In this document: positions 1 to 11,678 of the stretch, piece after piece | How the letters are laid out: each line of letters opens with the position of its first letter | How positions within the stretch are numbered: position 1 is the stretch's first letter | DNA from: Vulcanimicrobiota bacterium | GTDB taxonomy: Bacteria > Vulcanimicrobiota > Xenobia > Xenobiales > JADMJV01 | NCBI GenBank assembly: GCA_050250895.1 | Contig: JBFWNU010000009.1 | Span: forward strand, 198,488 to 262,487 | Direction of reading: 5' to 3' | Length of the DNA: 64,000 nucleotides | Translations under genes and position numbers: made by a program | The notes under the pieces: generated by a model | Told to the model about the DNA's origin: nothing | Seen by the model: the letters and a program-made list of their open reading frames with translations, nothing else | Databases searched by the model: none

Positions 1-151
1 AAACCAATCGTAGCGACGAGCCATCTGCTCGTTCCAATCGGCATGCGAAAGACCCCCCAGGCGCTCGGTCGGCTGCATCCGGCGCCTTTCGCGCTCAGGC
101 CACCGGCCGCCTGCGGCGGCCTCGCTGTCGGGGTGCGCTGTCGAGCTTACA

Positions 152-459
152 GTGGGCGCTTGAGAAGTAAAACCGCGGAGATAAGGAGGGCGCGGAGGGG
201 GTCGCGCAGGGCGTGGGGTGAGCGTCCTCGCGGATTTTATGGGTTGGGGCGTGGGACTCGTGAGGGTCCAGCCTGATTGTGGTCAGCCGAACTGGCTGTG
301 GATTCGGCAGTACGTGCCGAGGTGGGCGCTCGAAAATCAACCGCGGAGATAAGGAGGGCACGGAGAGGGTCGCGCAGGCGTGGGGTGAGCGTCCTCGCGA
401 ATTTATGGGTAGGCGTGGGAGACTCGTGGGGGTCCAGCGAGATTGGCCAGCCGAACTGG
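152..459. repeat. Two imperfect direct copies (period ~168-170 bp) carrying the AACCGCGGAG..GAGGGCRCGGAG motif
   Basis: aaccgcggagataaggagggc(g/a)cggag...gtcgcgcagg..gcgtggggtgagcgtcctcgcg at 171 and 339; tgg(t/c)cagccgaactgg at 280 and 444. Confidence 0.85.
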
Positions 460-662
460 GCCGGGTGGGGTTGCCGAGTCGGGGCCGGTTGGCCCTGCTC
501 GGCTGGCCGAGGCCCAGCGGCGCGGCGGGTTGGGTCATTCGGCAGCGTGGTACGCCGAATTCGGCAGTGTGTGCTGCCGAATCTCCGGCCTGGGCGAGGC
601 CGGGCCGGCAGCCCGGACTTCCGCGCGGAAGTTGGCCCAGTTCGGCCGGCCGAGGCTCGTCG

Positions 663-1344
663 GCGCTCCGAGAACGCCAGCCCTGGCGGCGCAGCCGCCT
701 AGGGATTACGACGCGAAGCGTCGAGTGCCTCAAAAACTCGAAGCGAGCCAAAGCGAGCTTCGCCCCTCCCTCGCCGACAAAGTCGGCGCTCCCATCTCCC
801 GGGCGAAGCCACGGGCTCCCCTCTCCGGCCGCAGGCCGGCTCCTTGGCGAGCCAAAGCGAGATAGCGCTCCGAGCACGCCAGCCCTGGCGGCGCAGCCGC
901 CTAGGGATTACGACGCGAAGCGTCGAGTGCCTCAAAAACTCGAAGCGAGCCAAAGCGAGCTTCGCCCCTCCCTCGCCGACAAAGTCGGCGCTCCCATCTC
1001 CCGGGCGAAGCCACGGGCTCCCCTCTCCGGCCGCAGGCCGGCTCCTTGGCGAGCCAAAGCGAGATAGCGCTCCGAGCACGCCAGCCCTGGCGGCGCAGCC
1101 GCCTAAGGATTACGACGCGAAGCGTCGAGTGCCTCAAAAACTCGAAGCGAGCCAAAGCGAGCTTCGCTCCTTCCTCGCCGACAAAGTCGGCGCTCCCATC
1201 TCCCGGGCGAAGCCACGGGCTCCCCTCTCCGGCCGCAGGCCGGCTCCTTGGCGAGCCTAAGCGAGATAGCGCTCCCATCTCCCGGGCGAAGCCACGGGCT
1301 CCCCTCTCCGGCCGCAGGCCGGCTCCTTGGCGAGCCAAAGCGAG
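663..1344. repeat. Tandem repeat, 202-bp unit x3 plus a partial fourth unit; hairpin-rich, non-coding
   Basis: gcgctccgag unit starts at 663, 865 and 1067; partial copy 1269-1344; unit length is not a multiple of 3. Confidence 0.95.
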
Positions 1345-1353
1345 CGCGCCCCC

Positions 1354-1381
1354 TTGCGCTCTTCGTGAGAATCGGTATAAT
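1354..1381 (+). promoter_or_regulatory. Sigma70-type promoter for rpmA-obgE
   Basis: TTGCGC (1354-1359), 16-nt spacer, TATAAT (1376-1381); SD GGAGGT at 1405-1410. Confidence 0.7.
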
Positions 1382-1415
1382 GGGAAGTCGAATCTTTAAA
1401 CCGTGGAGGTTTCCA

Positions 1416-1697
1416 ATGTTCTGGATGGACCTGACCCGCTTTGCCCACAAAAAGGGCATGGGTTCCACCAAAAACGGCCGTGATAGTAACGCCAAGCGAC
1501 TCGGTGTGAAGCGATACGGCGGTCAGGCTGTGCGCGCCGGCAACATTCTCGTTCGCCAGCGCGGCAACAAGTTCTACGCCGGAGACAACGTGATGGCTGG
1601 TCGTGACTTCACGCTCTTCGCCACCGTTGACGGTGTGGTGAAGTTCGAGACGCGCGCTGCCAAGCAGGTTGTCTCGGTCGTTCCTTCGGAAAACTAA
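1416..1697 (+). CDS. rpmA: 50S ribosomal protein L27 with 9-aa N-terminal extension
   Basis: [32 protein letters not shown]...GNILVRQRG; ATG at 1416 follows the SD. Confidence 0.97.
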   Translation: MFWMDLTRFAHKKGMGSTKNGRDSNAKRLGVKRYGGQAVRAGNILVRQRGNKFYAGDNVMAGRDFTLFATVDGVVKFETRAAKQVVSVVPSEN

Positions 1698-1716
1698 GGA
1701 GCCCCCACCCGGTTGA

Positions 1717-3890
<2,174 letters not shown>

Positions 3891-5001
3891 CGCAGGCAAT
3901 GTCGGAAGGCGGTAACGCCAGTCATAGTCGACCTGGATAATGGCGTGCCAGCATGAAACGGTAAAGATGAATGCCAGGAGCATCCAGATCACCAGCGTCT
4001 GGCGTTGGCCAAGTCTCGACCCGGCCCACAATCTAACCAGTAGACACAGTACCCCCGCGTAGCACGGCAAGAAGAGGAACAAGTTTATGAGATTGTGCGA
4101 TAGACTGAAGCCCCTATAGACCGGGGCCCAAAACCAGAGCCATCGATCGAGCGTAATCTTTACCACGTCAAGTTTCGAAGCAGGCGGGGGGTGAGCCAAC
4201 TCAGGTCGGTCCCAGACGACTTCACCTAGATTGTAGTGGGCGGCCTGATGTTCGAGCTGACTCCTGAGGCTTATGGGTCTCGAAGAGACATCGCGCATCC
4301 AGTGGGCGTTCAATACGATCAAGAAGCATGCGGACAGAAGGCTGAGAGTCACAACCAGAGCGGGTCGAAAATGCGGTGGGAACTTGTCGCGCCGCTGAAA
4401 CAGGACGGCAAAGAGCGCCGTCGGCAACAACAGAAATCCCGTCGGTCGATAAAAAAACGCGATCAGGATGACGGCGCCTAGCTGAACCAGTCGAGCCCGT
4501 GTGCCTCCTTCGAGCACCACCAGCGAGGCTAACCAGAGACAAACTGTCGCCAAAGCGAGAAAAGTCGGGTCCGATAAGACATAGCGGCACCATTGAAAAA
4601 TATCGAAGCCCCCTAAAAACAGACAGAATGAAAAGAGAGTGGCCCTGGACGAGCCCGTCAGGCTCCAAACAAGACGGCACGCCAATCCGGTGACGAGACC
4701 AAACGCCAAGACATTCAACCCCACCAGGAAGGGTGCCCAATGGTCTGGCAAAGTCGTCTTGAGGAGGCCAAATAGCGTGATGACCCCCAGATATAACGCC
4801 GGTGGCGCGGTGGAGGTCGCCTCTCTCAAAAACGCAGGGTAGTTCCAGCCCTTAGAAATTAGCGAGTCAGCCCAAGCGGCAATAGTACGGCTGTCTGGCG
4901 ACAAATACACCCCCCTGCCCGCGCAGTAGAGCGATACGCTGCCTATCACCAACCCTAGGCAAACCCACTCGAGCTGTGGCCAACGAGTCTTCAAAACATG
5001 C

Positions 5002-5673
5002 CTACCGCTTTCTAAGCGAGCGGTTGGTGGCCGCTTCCGCCGCCATCTGCTTTTTGCTAGCAGCCCAGCTGCAGATGGGGCACTGGCTCAAATCGTGGTA
5101 AAGGGCGGGGCAGTATTCCCGGCCGAAGTAGATGATCTGCAAGTGCAGCTTGTTCCAGGTCTCCCGTGGGAACAGCTTTTTGAGGTCGGCCTCGGTGCGG
5201 GTGACGTTTTTGCCGTCCGACAGGCGCCAGCGGTGGGCCAGCCGGTGAATGTGGGTGTCGACTGGAAAGGCCGGCTGGTTGAAAGCCTGGCACATCACCA
5301 CCGAAGCCGTCTTGTGGCCCACTCCCGGCAAGGCCTCGAGTTCTTCCATGGTCTGGGGCACCTGGCCGTCGTGGCGCTCGAGCAAGAGCTGCGAGAGGGC
5401 CGCGATGTTCTTGGCCTTTTGAGGAGCCAGACCCAGCTGCCGGATGTGGTGGCGGATGACATCCACACCGAGGGCGGCCATTGCCTTCGGGTGGTTGGCG
5501 GCGGCGAAGAGTGCGGGAGTGACCTCGTTGACCTTTTTGTCGGTGGTCTGGGCTGACAACAAGACCGCGATCAGCAGAGTGAACGGGTCAGAATGGTCGA
5601 GTGGGATCGGAACCTCAGGATAGAGGTCCTCGAGAATTTCGTGGATTTTGGCGGCCCGCTCGGCCCGGGTCAT
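5002..5673 (-). CDS. nth: Endonuclease III
   Basis: LLIAVLLSAQTTD, HhH LPGVGHKTA, VDTH; ATGA overlap with the ispH stop. Confidence 0.95.
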   Translation of the reverse strand: MTRAERAAKIHEILEDLYPEVPIPLDHSDPFTLLIAVLLSAQTTDKKVNEVTPALFAAANHPKAMAALGVDVIRHHIRQLGLAPQKAKNIAALSQLLLERHDGQVPQTMEELEALPGVGHKTASVVMCQAFNQPAFPVDTHIHRLAHRWRLSDGKNVTRTEADLKKLFPRETWNKLHLQIIYFGREYCPALYHDLSQCPICSWAASKKQMAAEAATNRSLRKR

Positions 5674-6608
5674 TTGGCGCGAGTGACTCCGGCCAGTTCG
5701 CGGGGCAGGGTGAACTGCACGTCTTCTTCCACCACGTCGAGATCGGCGAATTCGACCTCGAAGTGCTGCTCGAGCCAGCGCACCACATCTTGCACCAGCA
5801 CCTCGGGAGCCGAGGCTCCGGCGGTGATGCCCAGGTGCTCGACCCCTTCGAGCAACTGCACGTCGAGTTCGTCGCGGTCGTTGATCAGGCGCGAACGGCA
5901 ACCTTTGCCGATGGCCACCTCGACCAGACGGTTCGAGTTCGAAGAAGTGGGCGAGCCCAGTACCAGAATCATGTCACACTTGCGGGCCATCTCCTTGACC
6001 GCCGCCTGGCGGTTGGTGGTGGCGTAGCAAATGTCGTCTTTGGGCGGGCTCTCGATGTGCGGAAAGCGTACCCGCAGAGCATCGATCACGGCCTGAGTGT
6101 CGTCGATGGAGAGGGTGGTCTGGGTCAGATAAACCACCTTTTCGGGAAAGGGTAGCTGGACGTTCTCGACATCGGCCGGAGACTCGACCAGCACCATGGC
6201 CTCGGGAGCCTCGCCCATGGTGCCCTCGACCTCGACATGATTACGGTGGCCGATAAGCACGATGGAATAGCCCTTCTTGGCGTAGCGAATGGCCTCGAGA
6301 TGCACTTTGGTGACCAGCGGACAGGTGGCGTCGATGACCTTGAGGTTGCGCTCGGTGGCGGCCTGGCGCACCGCCGGCGAAACGCCGTGGGCACTGAAGA
6401 TGGTCACCGAACCGTCAGGAATCTCGCTGACATCGTCGAGAAAGACCGCCCCCTTTTCGCGCAACTCGCTGACAACGTGATCGTTGTGCACGATTTCATG
6501 GCGAACGTAGACGGGAGGCCCGTAGATATCGAGGGCGATTTCGACCACGTCGATGGCCCGGTCGACGCCGGCGCAGAAACCGCGTGGTTTAGCGAGATAG
6601 ACTTTCAT
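5670..6608 (-). CDS. ispH: 4-hydroxy-3-methylbut-2-enyl diphosphate reductase
   Basis: PRGFCAGV, IVHN, SAHG, DATCPLV, ICYAT, SSNS, TAGASAP. Confidence 0.97.
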   Translation of the reverse strand: MKVYLAKPRGFCAGVDRAIDVVEIALDIYGPPVYVRHEIVHNDHVVSELREKGAVFLDDVSEIPDGSVTIFSAHGVSPAVRQAATERNLKVIDATCPLVTKVHLEAIRYAKKGYSIVLIGHRNHVEVEGTMGEAPEAMVLVESPADVENVQLPFPEKVVYLTQTTLSIDDTQAVIDALRVRFPHIESPPKDDICYATTNRQAAVKEMARKCDMILVLGSPTSSNSNRLVEVAIGKGCRSRLINDRDELDVQLLEGVEHLGITAGASAPEVLVQDVVRWLEQHFEVEFADLDVVEEDVQFTLPRELAGVTRAK

Positions 6609-6690
6609 ATGGCCTCCAATGCCCGGCCGGTTCGACGTTGTCTGTCCTACCCCTGCAGGTCAAACCCCTCACCACGGGAATTAGGCAAGC

Positions 6691-7452
6691 ATGCGACGCA
6701 GCCTTCTTTTTCTCTTGTTGCTCAGCTGTCTGGCCGGGGCCGAGACGAGCTATCGCTTCGACACGCCACCGATCATGGTCAACCAGAAGATCACCCTGGC
6801 TCAGGTCGGCGAAAAGGGCCGCGTCCACATCCAGTATGACGTGCGCCGCATCGGCGCCGCGGGCCTGAAGGTCTATCTCTATCGTCACGACGACGACCCC
6901 AAAGGCGAGCCGCTGAAAACCTGGCACTTCACGCATCCCGAGGGCCGCGAGCGGATCTCGCTCAACGACCTGCCCGTCTCGGTCTATTTCGTGTGGGGCC
7001 AGGCAGTTGACGAAGCTGGCGAACCGGTGGCCACCCCGACCCGGATGACCACCGTCGAGTATGGCGGCTGGCGGGCCTGGGAAGAGTTTCAGCAACCGGA
7101 GAGCGCCAACGACCAGGCTCCCGCTTTCACCGAGATGCCGGTCAAGACCAACATCCAGGGCCGCGATGTGCAGGTCATCGTCAGCCCCGCCGCCGTCTTG
7201 CTCAACCCCAAAGAGAAGGTCGAATTCCGCGTATTCTTCCAGGGCCTGCCCGAGACCGACAAGGTCGAGTGGAAGCTCGAGGGCCCCGGCAACCTGACCA
7301 AGACCGAGGGCAACACCATCATCTACGAGGCTCCCGACCTGGTGGGCAGCAAAATGTTCCGCCTGCGCGCCATCAGCGAACGTCACCCCGAAATCGAAGG
7401 CGGAGCCTCGATCCTGGTCACCACCCAGTCCAAAGACGAATTCATGCGCTGA
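6691..7452 (+). CDS. Hypothetical exported protein with Ig-like C-terminal region
   Basis: Signal peptide MRRSLLFLLLLSCLAGA; VxVSP...VEW...YEAP pattern; host-like codon use. Confidence 0.7.
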   Translation: MRRSLLFLLLLSCLAGAETSYRFDTPPIMVNQKITLAQVGEKGRVHIQYDVRRIGAAGLKVYLYRHDDDPKGEPLKTWHFTHPEGRERISLNDLPVSVYFVWGQAVDEAGEPVATPTRMTTVEYGGWRAWEEFQQPESANDQAPAFTEMPVKTNIQGRDVQVIVSPAAVLLNPKEKVEFRVFFQGLPETDKVEWKLEGPGNLTKTEGNTIIYEAPDLVGSKMFRLRAISERHPEIEGGASILVTTQSKDEFMR

Positions 7453-7464
7453 CCCCGGTCTGCG

Positions 7465-7835
7465 CCCGGCAGGGAGCCGCTTCGCGGAGATGTCGATGCA
7501 GCGCGTCGACAGGGAGCCGCTGCGCGAAGATCTCGACGCTGCGCGTCGACAGGGAGCGCCGACTTCGTCGTCGGGAAAGGAGCCGGGCGCTTCGCGCGGA
7601 GAGTCGGCCTGCGGCCGATAGGTGGATCTCGTCAGGCAGGCTTCCCGAAACCACACCCGTATCTGTGGGTCGTCCTGCCCATCCCCGGGCCTTCGGATGG
7701 CCTCTCCCTCCGCTCACCCTCTCCCGAACTGAGCGACAACTCAGTTCGCTCCCATCCCGGCCGAAGGCCGCTCCTTCTCCCGGCCCAAAGGGCCGCTCCT
7801 TTCCCGCGAGCGTAGCGAGCGCTCCCCTCTCTTTC
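7465..7835. repeat. Intergenic linker+mini-hairpin arrays in opposite orientations
   Basis: cagggagc repeated with ~40-bp period at 7470-7560; gctcc(c/t)-pyrimidine linkers separating hairpins ggcc-gaa-ggcc and ggccc-aaa-gggcc at 7748-7830. Confidence 0.6.
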
Positions 7836-7881
7836 ATGGATTTTTCACCCGAGCCTGGTAGCTTCAGGCTAAGGGACCAGC

Positions 7882-9027
7882 ATGCGGATACATTCACTAA
7901 GACAACCAAGAGTTTTTGCCAAGACCGTCACCACCGAGACCGGTCGCGAGATTCCTTATCACGGGCCTGCCGACGGTCGGTCGCATCCCAACGAGGCCAT
8001 CAAGGCCGTGACGAAACCTGTCGCCAAAGGCCTGGTCAACCTCGTCTATCGGGTCGAGCGCGAGGGCGAGATGCCCGAGGGCGGCGGCCACGTGCTGGCG
8101 GTCACCCATCCCAGCATCTTCGATCCGCCGATGGTGGGAATTCATGCCAAGCACGACACCCGCTTCGTAGCCGACGTGGGGCTCTTCCGTAGCAGCCTGG
8201 GAGCCAAGATTTTAACCGGCTCGGGAGCCTTTCCCGTCAATCGACGCGCCCCCGGGCCCAGCACCATCGGCCACATGGTCGAGGTGGTCGAAACCGGAAA
8301 GGACCTGTGCGTCTTTCCCGAGGGCGGCATGGCCCTCTCGGAGAAGCACGGCAAGCTCGGCCCCATCAAAAAGGGCGCTGCTTTTGCCGCCATCCGAGGC
8401 GGGGCGAAATCGGTCGTTCCGATCTCCATCACCTATCAGGACAACACCCAGGCCCATCCGGGCGAGAAAAGAATCAACACCGCCGTGGCCACCGCCATCG
8501 CGGCCGGCACTGTGCTGGGAGCGACCCTGGGCGGCCCCACCACCCGGGCCATCAGCCTGGGACTGGGGGCGGGCCTGACCGCCGCGTTCGCCACTGGCAA
8601 GACCATCTCCAACAAGATGGTCAACAAGAAGTGGTTCAATCCGTCACCCAAGATCCTGGCCATTCTGGGCGGAAGTCTGGGGGCCGGCATCGCCGGCGGC
8701 ACCGTGGTCGGTCTGACCCAATCGCTGTTGCCGGCTCCGGTTGGCCTGGCCCTCGGCGTCGGCCTGGGGGTCGCGGGAGGACTGGCTGCCAAGGCCATCG
8801 GCGAAAGTTATATCGATCGGCGAGTGGCTAAGATGACCATTGGCGAAGAGATTCCGGTGGCTCCCTATCTCGCCCAGGAAGATTCTCGCCAGGCCGTCAA
8901 CGATCTGAGCGTCGAGATCCATCGGCGCCTCGGTCAACTCAAGGCCGACCAGAGCGGCGTGCCTTACGACGATGAAGCCAACAAGTTCCTCAAGGGATTT
9001 GTGCTCCACGCGGAACTAGGGCACTAG
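7882..9027 (+). CDS. PlsC-like lysophospholipid acyltransferase with Gly/Ala-rich membrane insertion
   Basis: HPSIFD (HX4D), GAFPVNR, FPEG, KKGA, VVPISI motifs. Confidence 0.8.
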   Translation: MRIHSLRQPRVFAKTVTTETGREIPYHGPADGRSHPNEAIKAVTKPVAKGLVNLVYRVEREGEMPEGGGHVLAVTHPSIFDPPMVGIHAKHDTRFVADVGLFRSSLGAKILTGSGAFPVNRRAPGPSTIGHMVEVVETGKDLCVFPEGGMALSEKHGKLGPIKKGAAFAAIRGGAKSVVPISITYQDNTQAHPGEKRINTAVATAIAAGTVLGATLGGPTTRAISLGLGAGLTAAFATGKTISNKMVNKKWFNPSPKILAILGGSLGAGIAGGTVVGLTQSLLPAPVGLALGVGLGVAGGLAAKAIGESYIDRRVAKMTIGEEIPVAPYLAQEDSRQAVNDLSVEIHRRLGQLKADQSGVPYDDEANKFLKGFVLHAELGH

Positions 9028-10160
9028 TGCTGAGCCAGGGCGCTAACCACCTGAGCCTGTTCGCCCTCGGTCATGCCGGCAAACAGCGGTAGGGCCAGCG
9101 ACAGGCGATCGGCCAGCGTCGCTCCTGGAAACTGCTCGGGGCGAAGCCCGTATTTTTCGCGGTAGTAGCCCAGCAAAACGGGAGCGTGGGTCCCCTGGCG
9201 GGTCGAGACTCCCTTTGCTTCCAGGCTCTGCATCAGGCGATTTCGCCCAGAGTAAAGCTGGTCTAAGCTAGACAGTAGCGGCTCTTCGGGAGCGTACAGG
9301 GTCACGAAAGACTGCCAACTGTGGCCTTCGCCGGCCTGGGGCAAGCGCAGCCAGGGCAACTCGAGGCGCTCGAGATAGCCCGACGCCACCCGTTTTCGCT
9401 CAGCCAGCAGGTGGTCTGCCTGGCGTAGTTGGGCCAGACCAAGGGCGGCCTGCAAGTCGGTGAGGCGATAGTTGTAGCCCGCCTCGGGGTAGTCGGGCAG
9501 CAAAAAGGGAGCGCTGGCCGGTCCGGCCCCGTGGTTTCTCAGGCTGCGCAGGCGGCCCGCCAGGGCAGCGTCGTCGGTCACGATCATGCCGCCCTCCCCG
9601 GTGGTGATCGACTTGCGCGGGTGAAAACTGAAGCAGCCGGCTCGCCCGAGCGTTCCCGCCGGTTGTCCTTGATAGGTCGAGCCAAAGGCACAGGCCGCGT
9701 CCTCTACCAGCCAGAGGCCGCGCTGACTTGCGAGGACAAGCAGGGACTCGAGTGGGGCGCAAAGACCGAACAGATGGACCGGCAGCAGGCCGACCGTGTG
9801 GGGCGTGATGAGGCTCTCGACCTGAGCCACATCGAGGTTGAACGTGTCCAGATCGATGTCGCAGAAGACGGCTTTGCCCCCCAGGTGCTCGACCACATTG
9901 GCCGTCGAGCACCAGGTGAAGGCCGGCACGATGACCTCGTCACCGGGGCCTACCCCGAGGGCGGCCAGGGTCAGATGCAGGGCGGTGGTGCATGAGGTGA
10001 CGGCCACGCAGTGGGCAGCCTGGCAGAACTGGCCGAATTCTTGCTCGAACCGCTCGACCATCGGACCCTGGGCCACCCAGCCTGAACGCAGGGCCGCCAG
10101 CACCAGCTCCTCTTCCTCGGGGCCGAAGCTACAGCGGGCGATGGGAATCATGTCCGTCAC
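9024..10160 (-). CDS. DegT/DnrJ/EryC1/StrS sugar aminotransferase
   Basis: SCTTALH, VHLFG, EDAAC, SFHPRKSITTGEGG, YNYRLTD. Confidence 0.93.
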   Translation of the reverse strand: MTDMIPIARCSFGPEEEELVLAALRSGWVAQGPMVERFEQEFGQFCQAAHCVAVTSCTTALHLTLAALGVGPGDEVIVPAFTWCSTANVVEHLGGKAVFCDIDLDTFNLDVAQVESLITPHTVGLLPVHLFGLCAPLESLLVLASQRGLWLVEDAACAFGSTYQGQPAGTLGRAGCFSFHPRKSITTGEGGMIVTDDAALAGRLRSLRNHGAGPASAPFLLPDYPEAGYNYRLTDLQAALGLAQLRQADHLLAERKRVASGYLERLELPWLRLPQAGEGHSWQSFVTLYAPEEPLLSSLDQLYSGRNRLMQSLEAKGVSTRQGTHAPVLLGYYREKYGLRPEQFPGATLADRLSLALPLFAGMTEGEQAQVVSALAQH

Positions 10161-11074
10161 TTCGAGCGGCTCGAGGCGGGGCCTTCACGAGCCAGATCCA
10201 ACACGATTCCGCGATGGTCCGAAGAAGTGGTGTCCAGAAGTCGCCACGACTGCGGCACCAGCTCTCGTGAACAAAAAACGTGGTCAAGACTCAGCACAGG
10301 AAACCGAGCAGGAAAGGTCTTATCCCAAAGGATTCCTCCGGCCACCCGAGTGTCTTGCAGGCGAGCCGCCAGTGGCACCACGGCGGGCGAGCGGGCGGGG
10401 GCGTTGAAGTCGCCTGCCACCACCACCGGGCCGGGGATCTGCTCGAGCAGACGCATCAGGGTCTCGATAGTGTCGGTCTGCTCGCGGATGGTGCGGTAGG
10501 GGTGGCGCATCCCCCGCAGCCCTCCGGTAGGGCGGTAGAGGTGGACGTTGACGATGGTCAGGCCGTCGTCTTGCTGGGCCACCAGCAATCCGGGGCGGCG
10601 GCAACCGGCGAATAGCCGCTTCAGGGGACGTCGCGAGAGGATTACCAGGTCGCAGCTCTCGGAGACGTCGGTGAACTCGGGACCGCCGGACACCGAGTGA
10701 AAATCGGGGAAGCGGTCCTGGATGGCCTCGTGGTTGGCTGGAAGCCACAGCTCTTGAAGCACCAGGACATCGGGCCGCTGCTCGACCAGTTGGCGGCCGA
10801 CCCCGTCGAGATCGCTCGACCAACTCTCGGCGTTGAGGCTGGCCACGCGAAACGTGGGAGTTAGACGTTGCGGCTTGACCAAAGGGACGACCTCGGCGGC
10901 GATCAATAAACCGAGAGAGAGAGTCCAGAAGAGCCCGCTCAGGGTAAGGACCCAACGGTTGGTGGCCCAGCCGGCCATGCCCAGCCCCACCCAGACCCCC
11001 AGGATAAGTACTCCCGGCAGATAGCAGAAGATGGAAAGCGGCCCCAGAGGAAAGCAAAAACCCAGGGCCACCAC
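10157..11074 (-). CDS. Endonuclease/exonuclease/phosphatase family membrane protein
   Basis: N-terminal TMs; SLN, LQE, VHL, GDFN, LDHV, SDH. Confidence 0.85.
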   Translation of the reverse strand: MVALGFCFPLGPLSIFCYLPGVLILGVWVGLGMAGWATNRWVLTLSGLFWTLSLGLLIAAEVVPLVKPQRLTPTFRVASLNAESWSSDLDGVGRQLVEQRPDVLVLQELWLPANHEAIQDRFPDFHSVSGGPEFTDVSESCDLVILSRRPLKRLFAGCRRPGLLVAQQDDGLTIVNVHLYRPTGGLRGMRHPYRTIREQTDTIETLMRLLEQIPGPVVVAGDFNAPARSPAVVPLAARLQDTRVAGGILWDKTFPARFPVLSLDHVFCSRELVPQSWRLLDTTSSDHRGIVLDLAREGPASSRSK

Positions 11075-11099
11075 CCCCCAGACCAGGGCCAGGACGTGA

Positions 11100-11642
11100 C
11101 TACTCTTCAGGCGCTTCTTCGGTCTCTTCGGCTTCTTCGTCTTCGACCGGAGCCGGCTCGACCGCCCCGTTGAGCCACTTGACGCTCAGCGTCATCGCCT
11201 TGAAGGCCTCGAGATCGCGGCCGAAGTCGGCTCGGGGCGAAAAGGCCCGAATCAGATACAGGTCTTTGCCCCGGGGCAAAAGGGCGCGAAAATAGCCGTT
11301 CTCACGGTCTTGAAAAATCAGTCGACGGCCGCGGGCGCCGTCTACGGTGAGCCCCGCGTCGGAGAGGATCTCGCCCCCCAGGCGAACGATCACATCATAG
11401 CGCAGCGAGTGCCAGGCGCCTTTGAGGGTGCGGCTGTCACCCAGATTCTCGATAGAGAAGAAGCCCTTGGCCGAGCGGTCTTTGGGAAAGACCCAGACCG
11501 CCGGGCCCTTTTCGGCCGGCGGATTGTCGACCACCCAACCGGTGCTGGGCACCACGCTCACTCCCACGGCGTCGGTTGCGACGGGCTCTTGAGCCAGAAC
11601 GGGAAGTGCCAACAGAAGCAGCAGGCAAAGGCGAACGATCAT
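11100..11642 (-). CDS. Hypothetical exported protein
   Basis: Signal peptide MIVRLCLLLLLALPVLA; acidic tail; operon position. Confidence 0.65.
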   Translation of the reverse strand: MIVRLCLLLLLALPVLAQEPVATDAVGVSVVPSTGWVVDNPPAEKGPAVWVFPKDRSAKGFFSIENLGDSRTLKGAWHSLRYDVIVRLGGEILSDAGLTVDGARGRRLIFQDRENGYFRALLPRGKDLYLIRAFSPRADFGRDLEAFKAMTLSVKWLNGAVEPAPVEDEEAEETEEAPEE

Positions 11643-11678
11643 GCTCGGAAGTTTTTCCCGACGGGCGGATCTCCTGCC

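Noticed and set aside
663-1344. CRISPR array or repeat protein
   Set aside because: Whole 202-bp units repeat with no unique spacers and no cas genes; unit length is not divisible by 3, and the ORFs are low-complexity frame-rotating artefacts.
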